Below are positions 16,058 to 24,669 of a stretch of DNA of 64,000 nt, piece by piece. The notes beneath the pieces were generated by a model, which worked only from the letters and a program-made list of their open reading frames with translations, was not told the origin of the DNA and did not search any database. The DNA is from Dehalococcoidia bacterium. GTDB lineage: Bacteria > Chloroflexota > Dehalococcoidia > Lucifugimonadales > UBA3495. Location of the stretch: the NCBI GenBank assembly GCA_963692995.1, contig OY843611.1:2874440-2938439 (forward strand), read 5' to 3'. Made by a program: the position numbers and the translations under genes. How positions within the stretch are numbered: the stretch's first letter is position 1; the number at the start of each line of letters is the position of its first letter.

Positions 16058-17230
16058 ATGATGGCTGAGGATCAACGAAATTTCGACTACGGGGATGCGT
16101 CCGGGCGGCCACCGGACAATCCTCCTTTCGGGGCGGCTCCGCCGGGCGGTTTGGGCGGTTCCGGCCATCCTGCCGCTCCGCCCGGCGGCCCCACTGCTCC
16201 GCCGGGCAACCCCGGCTACCCCGGCGATCCCGGCAATCCCAATTACCCCGGCTACGCCGGCGGTCCCGGTTATGATCCCGCCGGCTCCTATCAATACCCC
16301 TATCCCGTCGCTGCCAACGGCGGCTGGAAAGCCCTGCTCCGTCGCCCGGTCGTTCTGCTCGGCCTGGCCCTGGCGCTGCTGCTCCCGATTAGCGTCGGAG
16401 CGCTTTTCCTGCTGCAAAGCGGCGCCGATAGCAATGACGCCAACCTTGAAACTTCTGACGATGCCCTGGTTCCGAACCTCGATTTGGACTTGGACTTGGA
16501 CCTGGACTCGCCGACGCCGGAACCCGTCGCTACTCCCGATGCCGATGCCCTGCTGCATCAGCTGGCCCAGCTCGGCTTTACCCCGCCGGCGACGGCTCCC
16601 GATCCCGCCGCGCCGGCCGGCCCCGGCAATAACTCCGCCGCTCCGCCCGGCGCCGCTCCTTGGACCTCCTTCGCCCAAAGCGGCGGCGTCGAACAAGACC
16701 CCTTGCCCCGAACCGCCGCTCCCGCCGCTGCGCCGAGCCTGATCGAAATCGACGTTATCTACCGCCTCGGTCCCGCAACCTGGCACCGGATTCAAGCCCA
16801 TGTGATGATGCAGCAACTGTCCATTCAGCCCCTCAGCGAATGGGATGCTTCCTACAGCGCTGGCCGGCTGGCCCTGGCCCAGGGACATCTGGAAAGGGCG
16901 GCGGCGGCATCAAGCCCCGTCGAACAGGATTTGCAAAACGATGCGCTCAACCTGGCTACGCGCGTCCGGGAATATGTCGCAATGATGCTGGACGGCCAGC
17001 GGCACCTCGAAGACGCTTACGACCTGCTGGCGGAAATGCAACGGGCGCTGGACGGCAACGCAGACGGCTGGTATGGCCTCACTGAGGAAGAACGGGGTCA
17101 GTTGAACCGGATTGCCTCCGACGATCTGTTGCAGGCATTGTTCGCCTTCGACCGGATCATGCAAACCTACGGCTGCTCGATCTGCGGCGAAGTCTATCGC
17201 CAGCCCGCCGAACCGGGCCGGCCCTCGTGA
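16058..17230 (+). CDS. bitopic membrane protein with a Pro/Gly-rich N-terminal domain (390 aa)
   Basis: GGAGG upstream of the ATG. PGNPGYPGDPGNPNYPGYAGGPGY repeats are present. There is a single TM segment (VVLLGLALALLLPISVGALFLL) and an (LD)n stretch. Confidence 0.65.
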   Translation: MMAEDQRNFDYGDASGRPPDNPPFGAAPPGGLGGSGHPAAPPGGPTAPPGNPGYPGDPGNPNYPGYAGGPGYDPAGSYQYPYPVAANGGWKALLRRPVVLLGLALALLLPISVGALFLLQSGADSNDANLETSDDALVPNLDLDLDLDLDSPTPEPVATPDADALLHQLAQLGFTPPATAPDPAAPAGPGNNSAAPPGAAPWTSFAQSGGVEQDPLPRTAAPAAAPSLIEIDVIYRLGPATWHRIQAHVMMQQLSIQPLSEWDASYSAGRLALAQGHLERAAAASSPVEQDLQNDALNLATRVREYVAMMLDGQRHLEDAYDLLAEMQRALDGNADGWYGLTEEERGQLNRIASDDLLQALFAFDRIMQTYGCSICGEVYRQPAEPGRPS

Positions 17231-18138
17231 AGGAGCCCGCCGCCATCCTGCCCCGCCGGCGCCGCGGTCGCCGCCGCTGGCTCTGGCTGCTCGCGCCGAC
17301 TCTGCTGGCCGCCGCTTTCTGGTGGACTAGCCAGTCCACGGCGGAACCGGCCGCCGCGCCGCCGGAGTCCGGCGACCCCGCCCGCTCCCGTCCGGCCGGC
17401 GCCGGCTTGCCGCCTCCTTTCGCCGGCGCCGGCCCAAGCGGCCCGCCTCCCTCTCCTCAGGCCACGTCCGCGGTTTCCGCCGGGCGACGTTCCTTTCCCG
17501 ACGCCAGCCCGCAAGGGAACCCGCCGCCGGTGATCCGGCGCTATCCCAAAGCACCCCATCACGCCCTGCCCGCGCCGGGCCGCGTGGACCGCGCCTCCTG
17601 GTATCGGGAACAAACCCGGTATCTCCAGCGGGCCGTAGATAATGTCTTTACCCTGCTGCGCTATACGCTGGCTCAGGATCCGGAATACTGGGATCAAGCC
17701 TGGGGACAAAGACTGCACTACGCCGCCGCCGGGCTGTCCCAGCATTACGCCCAGGGCGAAATAGCCCTGTGGCAACTGGCGCCGGACCGCTGGCGCTGCG
17801 ACGCCGCCCTGGACGCCGCTCTTCAGGAACAGGTCAGCGTCGGCTGCCCCGCCGCCGCCGAACTCCGGCAACTGGCAATCGTCTGGCGGCAGCTCGGACT
17901 GCTCAACCGCGAGCTCGAACTGCTGGGCCGCGTCGCGGCGCATTATGAAAACGACGGCGGGACCCGCGGCCTACGGGCGGAGGCCCTGCTCAGCGCAGTG
18001 GCCCGTCTGGAAGTCGCCCACGGGAGCCTGGAAGCGGAACGCCAGGCCCTGACCGCCCTGGGCCGACGCTACGAATTACGGATTCAGACGGCGGCGCCGC
18101 CGCTGGCCCGGCTGGCCCGGCTGGCCCGGCGCGATTAG
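17227..18138 (+). CDS. membrane-anchored / secreted hypothetical protein (303 aa)
   Basis: The GTG start overlaps the upstream stop (GTGA). The N-terminus reads RRRRGRRRWLWLLAPTLLAAAFWW. Confidence 0.6.
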   Translation: MKEPAAILPRRRRGRRRWLWLLAPTLLAAAFWWTSQSTAEPAAAPPESGDPARSRPAGAGLPPPFAGAGPSGPPPSPQATSAVSAGRRSFPDASPQGNPPPVIRRYPKAPHHALPAPGRVDRASWYREQTRYLQRAVDNVFTLLRYTLAQDPEYWDQAWGQRLHYAAAGLSQHYAQGEIALWQLAPDRWRCDAALDAALQEQVSVGCPAAAELRQLAIVWRQLGLLNRELELLGRVAAHYENDGGTRGLRAEALLSAVARLEVAHGSLEAERQALTALGRRYELRIQTAAPPLARLARLARRD

Positions 18139-18166
18139 CGCCGCCTGGCCGCCGGGATCGCTAACC

Positions 18167-18943
18167 GTGCTGCGACTTTTTCAACTAGCCACGCTGGCCG
18201 CGCTGGCCCTCGTCTGGTCGGCCTGCTGGTCCGCCGGTTCGCCGCTGCCGCCGGCGCCGCTGCCTACGGTGGCCCGCGCTACGGCGACGCCGGTTCCGCC
18301 CGCTCCCGAAATAGTCGCCGCAACCCGGCAGGCGGCGGAACGCATTCGCTTGCGCGAACAGCACGGCGAACTCTTGCAGCGATCCGCCGTCGCGCCGGGG
18401 GATTTCAACCCCCAAGGCCATTTGCTAGGCTCCGTCCAGCAGGCCCAGCGGGACCGGGCGCGCGCCGCCGCCGCCCGCGACGCCGGGCTGACCCCGCGGA
18501 CGGCCCCGGACCCGCCTCAGTTCGTCCGGCCCTACTGGTATCGGGACGGCGCCGGCGACCTGACCCCGCCGGGAGTGAATTCCCCCTACGCCGATCTGCT
18601 GCCGCCGGCACGGGCCTGCGCGCCTTACAGCGCCCTGGCCGACGGCCCGCGACGGAACGATTTCTACCGGGAACTCTATCGGCACGTCGCCGAACTGCTG
18701 CCCGTATCACCGCCGTCCCAGGATGATTTTCTGGCGCAAACTCAGGAACAATTGGCCTGGGAACTGCTGCCCGGTCCCGGTCCCGACGTCCGCCTGCGCC
18801 TTTGGCTGACCTTCCTGCACGACGGAGGACGTTATCTGATCGGCGGTGAAGCGCTAGGCGCGCTGGAAGACGTGGATCACGTCCGCTGTCCCGTCTTCGG
18901 AAGTTTCGATCATCAGTCGGTAGAGCTGGCGAGGCTGGAATGA
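18167..18943 (+). CDS. secreted / lipoprotein-like hypothetical protein (258 aa)
   Basis: The signal-like N-terminus reads LRLFQLATLAALALVWSAC. Its end overlaps the next start (ATGA at 18940). Confidence 0.6.
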   Translation: MLRLFQLATLAALALVWSACWSAGSPLPPAPLPTVARATATPVPPAPEIVAATRQAAERIRLREQHGELLQRSAVAPGDFNPQGHLLGSVQQAQRDRARAAAARDAGLTPRTAPDPPQFVRPYWYRDGAGDLTPPGVNSPYADLLPPARACAPYSALADGPRRNDFYRELYRHVAELLPVSPPSQDDFLAQTQEQLAWELLPGPGPDVRLRLWLTFLHDGGRYLIGGEALGALEDVDHVRCPVFGSFDHQSVELARLE

Positions 18944-21900
18944 AAAGGCGCAATCGACAACGCCGGATGCCCGGCCAAAGCGCCGGAGGCCGGATAACGG
19001 GACGCCGGATAACCTGGCGCCAGCGGCGGAACGCCGGACGAATGCCCGCCTTATTGCTGGCCCTCGCCGCGGTGATCGGCGCGACGCTCCTCTTCCGGCC
19101 GCCGCCGGCGGTGATCGAAGCTCAGTACGACGCAAGAGCGCAAGGCGGCGCCGATGCCCAGTGTTGGACCTCAGCCAACGGCTTCGCTCCGGCCCACGCC
19201 AGCGGCAGTCGCGTCAGCGTGGATCGCCGCTTCTTCAGCCCCGGACCGGAATCCGGCGCAACCGATTACCTGGATATCCGCGACCCGCTGACCAATATGG
19301 CCGACTACCGCTTCGACGCCCAGTGGCTCCGCAGTTTTACCACCGATGAAAATTACGACCCGCTGAAACTGCGCGACTATCAGGCCGGCCAGGCGGCGCA
19401 GGCTAATGACGGACGGAAGGAACTGATCGTCGATCCCGGCCTGGGCCTGACCACGCCGGCTCTGGTGGGCCAACTCAAGGGCTTTCCCGTGATGAGCGGC
19501 GACGCTACCGTCGATTCCGGGGATGGCGAAGGCTCCACCACTACTACCCTAAATCTAAAAACCATCAGAGTAGATGTGGACCACGAGTTGAGCGCGCAAT
19601 ATCCGGCGCAATCGGCCCTGGCCGACGCCGGCATTGACCTGGATAATCCGCCGGCTAATCTGCTGGATTGGATTCAGGACACCGGGCCAGCGCCCGCCGA
19701 CGGCTCTCCGCTGGTGGAAAAGCCCAATGGACTGATTACCGAACGACAGCTGATGCTGGATTCCGACAATCCGCTGGTTGATTTCGCCAGCGGAGATTTC
19801 GACGATGCCGACTCCCGCCTCGCCGCCCTGGGCCGCCACTTCTGGCCGAACCTGGCCGATGACCGGCTGGCCGTGGTCATCAAGCTCAATGAGGCGTATC
19901 GGCAGGATGAAGGGAACGGCGCCGGGGCGCGCAAACGCTTTCAGGGCGGCCGTGCGCTGCGTGATCCGGTGGACGGAACACCCCGGCAGTCTTACCTGTG
20001 GCCGCAGCCGCCGCCGCGCTCGCTGCCGGAGGCGGCATCGCTGACCGGCGGCGAGATCCGCTGGCCGGCGGACTTCGCCGCCCTTTCCTGGCACCTTTAT
20101 GCCGTCAATAACTTGGATTCCCGAACTTACGGGGACTACGATCTCGGCCCTTCCCTGGCCGGGTCGGAGCCGGCCGATGCCGCCGCCATGGCGAAAAATA
20201 TCTTCGGCGACGCTGCTGCCGAGTGGCTGGAGGTCATGGATGATGATGATGACGCCGACGGTCGCAAAGCAGTCCGGCGTATGCCGGATAACATACCGGC
20301 GCCGCCGACGGACCGGCCGGAATTGCGGCAGCGTCCGCTGCTGCCTTTTCAGCAAGGCGTCAATTGGACCGGCGGCGCGGGCCGACTGGTCAACGCCGGC
20401 GTCGTCGCTCCGGCCGATGGCGAACCCATGCCCGGAACCGCCGGACGCAACAGCTTCATCCAGTTTGAAATCAGGGACGGCGCCGGACCCCATTATCCCC
20501 AGCCCGGCGTCCGGCCGGATCAGGGTCATATCCCCACGCTGTTCGATGCGGACAGCCGGTTTCAAATCAATCCCAATCGGCCTTATCTGCTGGTCGTCGC
20601 TTTTTACGAAACCGAGTTTGACGAAGCCGGCCGAGAGCGATTCCGCCGGGTCCTCTGCCGGGTCGCCGTAGATCCCGCTATTACCCTGCGCGGGTCCGAC
20701 GCCCATGTCAGCGAGGGTTCAGCAGCCACGCCGGAAGTGGCCCGGACCAATCAGGGCGAAGGGCAGCAAGGCGTCTTTCGCCGCATGGCCCGCCGCTTGG
20801 AGGAAATCTCCCAGTTTGATGTCAGCCTGCCCCGGATGCTGTTCAACTACGGCAAAATGAAACTGGGCGAAGAAGTCGCCGCCGTCGCCAGCGAAACCTC
20901 CGCGCAAACCCAGCAACTGCTCAGCCAAAAAGTCTTTCAGGGCCACGCCGACAACGATCCCCGCTGGCAAGAATGGGAAGACGCCGCGCAAGCTCATAGC
21001 AGCATCGCTTTTGGCGGCGTGGACGGCCTGCCCGACAGCAGCCTGCAACTCCCCCGACCGGAACTGCAAATCGAACAGATCGATGGAGAGTACGCCACGA
21101 CGCTGGAGAAGAAAAGGGGCAATGATTGGGAACTGACTCCGAAATATCAGGTGTGGAACCCCGAAACCCAGGAATGGGGCTTAATCAGCCACGAAGACGT
21201 CGGCCTCAGCCGGGACACTTGGGAAGTAGGCTGCCCCGATGGTATCTGCCCACCGGGCTACGCCGACTCCGATAAGTTCCTGCCCAAAGTTCCAGTAACC
21301 TGGACGGCGCCGGGCGGCGATCACGACGGCTACCGCGTCTGCGTCGTTTCCGACCCCCGATCCGCCGCCGTCTGGCGCTATCAACAAGTCAACGGCGACG
21401 GCGATCCAATCTATCAGCCCGCGCCGGCTTCCGCAGAGCAGTGCTTCAACCTGCCCCGGTTTGTGAATAACGCCGGTTCTTACGCGGATCTGGCCGCCTC
21501 CGGCCTGGAGCTGGGGCATGGCGGCAACGCTTTCGCCAACGTCGGCTTTGATCCCGACACAGACGCGGACACGCATCCGCACCTGAAAGATTTTACCGAC
21601 TACGCTCAGCAGCGCCTGCTGCTGCCCGTCGGCTTCGTCCATCAGATCAGAGTCGCTGCCTACTTCGGCGTGCCGGAGTGGGCCGAGGCCGCCGCAATAC
21701 GGCACTCCGCCGACGGCCTGCGCCTGGGCGTCTTCTCCCCCGTAATCACCCTCTCCGGCGCCGATGCCACTTGCCACGGCTTTGTTGCGGCCGGTTCAGG
21801 ACCTGTCCACGATTTCCAGCGCGCCGCCGGCTGCGCCGACCCCGCCGCCCTTGACGCCCTCGACCCCCTCGACGGCTTCTGGGCGCTGGCCGGCGACACC

Positions 21901-22791
21901 ATCTGCCAGGACATTTTCACCGGCATTCCCGCGCACTTCACCTACGACTCCGGCGTGATCCGCCGCGGCTGGAGCGTAATGTGGATCGTCGCGCTTATCC
22001 TCATCCCCGTTATCCTTTTCTGGGAACTGCTGCGCCTTTCCGCCGGCGCCTGGTTCGGCGAAGGCGGCGTCGTCGTCCTCCGCAACCTCTTTCCCCGCAT
22101 TATCCTGGCCCTGCTGCTGGTCTGCCTCAGTTTCTACATCTGTCAGGCCCTGATCGGCTTTACTTCCGCGCTAACCTGCTACGTCAGCCAGTCCCTGGAC
22201 GTCAGCCTGGCCAGCGTGGCGACCAGCGGATTATTCGGGTTTTTCAAATCGGTTATTGCATTCGCCCAAACCGGCGGCAATCACGCGGTTCTCCTGACCA
22301 TCTTGGCCTTGCTGATGCTCGTCGCCATGCTGGCTATGTTCATCAAACTGGTCTTGCAGCTGCTGCTGCGCGTCGTCGTCATCTCGGTTTTGGTCGTCCT
22401 GGCTCCCGTCGCTATGGCCCTGTCCCTTTCCGACAGCACCCTGGGCTGGTCCCGCAAGTGGCTGGGCATCCTGCTGGCGACCCTTTTCCAGCAAGTCCTG
22501 ATTGTCGTTACCCTCTTTGTGGGCATGGGCATCATCGACCAAATGAACTGGTTCGGCGGCAACCTGGGAGTCAGGCTGGTCCCCGATTACGGCGAACTTT
22601 GGCACGTAATCACCCAGTCGGTCATGGCCTTTCTCGTCTTTTACCTGGCCGGGAAAATTCCGGCCATGGTCAATCCCACCATGGGCGCCGTCTTCGGCCA
22701 GGTCTGGGACGAAGTTCGCCGCAGCGGACAGTCCACGGCCATGATGGCCCTGGCCATGGGCCGAAGGATCGGGTCCGGCATGGTCCGCTGA
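18940..22791 (+). CDS. large envelope protein (1283 aa): ~1000-aa extracytoplasmic region plus a C-terminal polytopic VirB6/TrbL-like membrane domain
   Basis: An N-terminal TM is present (MPALLLALAAVIGATLLF). The last ~300 aa contain about 6-7 hydrophobic helices (WIVALILIPVILFW..., ILALLLVCLSFYICQALIGF..., VLLTILALLMLVAMLAMFIKLV..., VVISVLVVLAPVAMAL..., ILLATLFQQVLIVVTLFVGMG...). This is the layout of TrbL/VirB6-type channel subunits. Confidence 0.6.
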   Translation: MKRRNRQRRMPGQSAGGRITGRRITWRQRRNAGRMPALLLALAAVIGATLLFRPPPAVIEAQYDARAQGGADAQCWTSANGFAPAHASGSRVSVDRRFFSPGPESGATDYLDIRDPLTNMADYRFDAQWLRSFTTDENYDPLKLRDYQAGQAAQANDGRKELIVDPGLGLTTPALVGQLKGFPVMSGDATVDSGDGEGSTTTTLNLKTIRVDVDHELSAQYPAQSALADAGIDLDNPPANLLDWIQDTGPAPADGSPLVEKPNGLITERQLMLDSDNPLVDFASGDFDDADSRLAALGRHFWPNLADDRLAVVIKLNEAYRQDEGNGAGARKRFQGGRALRDPVDGTPRQSYLWPQPPPRSLPEAASLTGGEIRWPADFAALSWHLYAVNNLDSRTYGDYDLGPSLAGSEPADAAAMAKNIFGDAAAEWLEVMDDDDDADGRKAVRRMPDNIPAPPTDRPELRQRPLLPFQQGVNWTGGAGRLVNAGVVAPADGEPMPGTAGRNSFIQFEIRDGAGPHYPQPGVRPDQGHIPTLFDADSRFQINPNRPYLLVVAFYETEFDEAGRERFRRVLCRVAVDPAITLRGSDAHVSEGSAATPEVARTNQGEGQQGVFRRMARRLEEISQFDVSLPRMLFNYGKMKLGEEVAAVASETSAQTQQLLSQKVFQGHADNDPRWQEWEDAAQAHSSIAFGGVDGLPDSSLQLPRPELQIEQIDGEYATTLEKKRGNDWELTPKYQVWNPETQEWGLISHEDVGLSRDTWEVGCPDGICPPGYADSDKFLPKVPVTWTAPGGDHDGYRVCVVSDPRSAAVWRYQQVNGDGDPIYQPAPASAEQCFNLPRFVNNAGSYADLAASGLELGHGGNAFANVGFDPDTDADTHPHLKDFTDYAQQRLLLPVGFVHQIRVAAYFGVPEWAEAAAIRHSADGLRLGVFSPVITLSGADATCHGFVAAGSGPVHDFQRAAGCADPAALDALDPLDGFWALAGDTICQDIFTGIPAHFTYDSGVIRRGWSVMWIVALILIPVILFWELLRLSAGAWFGEGGVVVLRNLFPRIILALLLVCLSFYICQALIGFTSALTCYVSQSLDVSLASVATSGLFGFFKSVIAFAQTGGNHAVLLTILALLMLVAMLAMFIKLVLQLLLRVVVISVLVVLAPVAMALSLSDSTLGWSRKWLGILLATLFQQVLIVVTLFVGMGIIDQMNWFGGNLGVRLVPDYGELWHVITQSVMAFLVFYLAGKIPAMVNPTMGAVFGQVWDEVRRSGQSTAMMALAMGRRIGSGMVR

Positions 22792-22875
22792 GGGCAAGTC
22801 GAATCCGCAACGGGGAATGTTATCTGCTTTTCGTGATGGCAACAGTCTGAATCGCAATAGTCTGAGGTTCGCAGC

Positions 22876-23505
22876 ATGGACATTATCATCAACATAATCT
22901 GGGACGGCGGCAAGTGGGTGGTGGGCATTGGCGCCGCTGTACTAGTGATAGCGCTGCTGATTAGCGTGGCTCGTTATGGAATGTCCGCGGGCAATCCCCA
23001 GTCGGCCGCCTCGGCCCGGGCGGCCATGGTCGCCTGCCTGTTTGGCCTGGTCGCCCTGCCTTCGGTTCTGGTAGGCTATCGGCTTTTCTATGCCGACGTC
23101 ATCGCGCCCAATACCGGCAGCGATGTCGCCGTCTTTGAGGTTTCGTGCAATCGCATTTTGCAACGGCAACTGCAAGCTCGGCCAAATGTCGATACAAAGG
23201 GGGAGGTGGATCAGTTAATTAGAGCAATACAGTTGCAGAAGCAGGATTGCGCTAAGGATGCCTGGTCATTGACCCCTTTGAAGAGCAATGCGAGCTTGTG
23301 TACCACACCCTCTAATGGAGATGTAGCAACTTTTCTTCCGCTAGATTCAAACATACCTTTGAAAGAAGCTGTGGGTGCTGAAGGAATCGGGCGCGCGCCC
23401 GGATATATTGTGGTGGTATTTGCGCATGGTAGCAGTAGTGGACTGACGGCTGCGAATGATTGCTGGGGGTACTCCGCTGATCTGGGCCAATGGGTCGCCG
23501 GTTGA
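22876..23505 (+). CDS. small two-TM membrane protein (209 aa) with a compositionally distinct C-terminal domain; possibly VirB2/TrbC-like
   Basis: The N-terminus has two hydrophobic helices (WVVGIGAAVLVIALLISV and MVACLFGLVALPSVLVGY). The C-terminal ~110 codons (about 23170-23400) have much lower G+C than the flanks. Confidence 0.55.
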   Translation: MDIIINIIWDGGKWVVGIGAAVLVIALLISVARYGMSAGNPQSAASARAAMVACLFGLVALPSVLVGYRLFYADVIAPNTGSDVAVFEVSCNRILQRQLQARPNVDTKGEVDQLIRAIQLQKQDCAKDAWSLTPLKSNASLCTTPSNGDVATFLPLDSNIPLKEAVGAEGIGRAPGYIVVVFAHGSSSGLTAANDCWGYSADLGQWVAG

Positions 23506-23747
23506 CGCGCCGTTCTACTCCCGACTTACGACCAGCGCCCGCGCCAACTCGTGAGACTTGCCGCGCAATGGCCGATGGCTTGCCCCTTGACACCCTTCCC
23601 GTTTGACTGCTGCGCCGGCTATTCCGGCCAACCGATTGGCGTAGCCGCCGGTTGCCATTAGCGGCTCAATCCCCGTCAATGCGTTATCTGAAATCCCGAC
23701 GGCGCCATCGGCCGTCAATCCAGCCCTATTCCCAGGAGGAAACCAAG

Positions 23748-24605
23748 ATGTCCCTACTTCCCGCCGGAACGTTTGAACGCTACGTTGACCGCAACGGCAA
23801 CCCCGACAGCATCCTCGCCGTGGGGCAAGACATCCCCATTATGTGCGTTCCCATTCCCCAAGGCGCCCGCCTGACCCGCCAGCAAGGCGAGGTTCTCCTC
23901 TATGCTCCCCAGCCAGTACAGGCTTACCAATGCGGCCTGGTCGAAATCTGCGGCTATTATCTGCCGGATTTGAACCGCGCTAAGATTTGCGACGCAATGG
24001 ATGAAGTCAAAACCAATTTCTACGATGCTTTCGCCAAGCGGATGCACGACAGCGCGGCCCGCTGCGCTACGTCCGGAGATGCCAGCGAAATCGGACTGAC
24101 CGGCGAATTGCAGCGTCAGTACCCTGATGAAAGGGATGCCGAAAACTCTCCCCGAATGTTCTTTCAGCGCCAAGTCCGGCTCGGATTGCCCTACCATAAT
24201 GCGGTTCGCTCCGGCGATGCCAACGTCCGGGAACCCAGTACCGGCTATGACGCCACCGGCTATAACTACCTGGCTTCCGTTCCAATTCAGGCCGTCGGTG
24301 AACTGGGCAGCGATGCTTGGAACTCCTACGTCCTCTGGATGGCCTGCAATCCCGACGTCGCCTCAGATTGGCAATCTGAAGAGGCTGACCTTTTTGCCCT
24401 CTCCGGCCAATGGCCGGATCAGGAGTCCCATATCAACCCCGCCGCTCAGCCAGCGCCAGCAACGACCGTTGATCTGGAACGCTGGTCCAGCGTCTGGGTC
24501 TTTGATCAATCCAGCGACTTCGACGACTTCGACGCCTTTGGCGGGTTCCTCGCCCAACGGGACCTGCGTCTGCGCGCTCGGCTCCAGGGCGTCTTTAAGC
24601 CCTAA
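23748..24605 (+). CDS. hypothetical protein (285 aa), upstream partner of the GHKL ATPase
   Basis: ATG at 23748 (MSLLPAGTFERY) follows AGGAGG. It has an acidic C-terminus. No family recognised. Confidence 0.6.
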   Translation: MSLLPAGTFERYVDRNGNPDSILAVGQDIPIMCVPIPQGARLTRQQGEVLLYAPQPVQAYQCGLVEICGYYLPDLNRAKICDAMDEVKTNFYDAFAKRMHDSAARCATSGDASEIGLTGELQRQYPDERDAENSPRMFFQRQVRLGLPYHNAVRSGDANVREPSTGYDATGYNYLASVPIQAVGELGSDAWNSYVLWMACNPDVASDWQSEEADLFALSGQWPDQESHINPAAQPAPATTVDLERWSSVWVFDQSSDFDDFDAFGGFLAQRDLRLRARLQGVFKP

Positions 24606-24669
24606 CCCCTTGGCGCAACCCCCCTTGGTTAGCCGGCAACAGCTTCGCGGCTAATTCCCGGAGCGGCCA

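Noticed and set aside
15245-16888. N-terminal ~550 aa of the 917-aa track ORF 14135..16888 (-).
   Set aside because: This part is Gly/Ala/Arg-rich run-on, antisense to the + strand lipoprotein and membrane genes. Sigma-factor homology starts after the ATG at 15244.
19555-20706. 383-aa minus ORF inside the 1283-aa envelope-protein gene.
   Set aside because: It is an antisense shadow ORF typical of high-GC DNA. The + strand ORF is continuous for 3.8 kb with signal and TM features.
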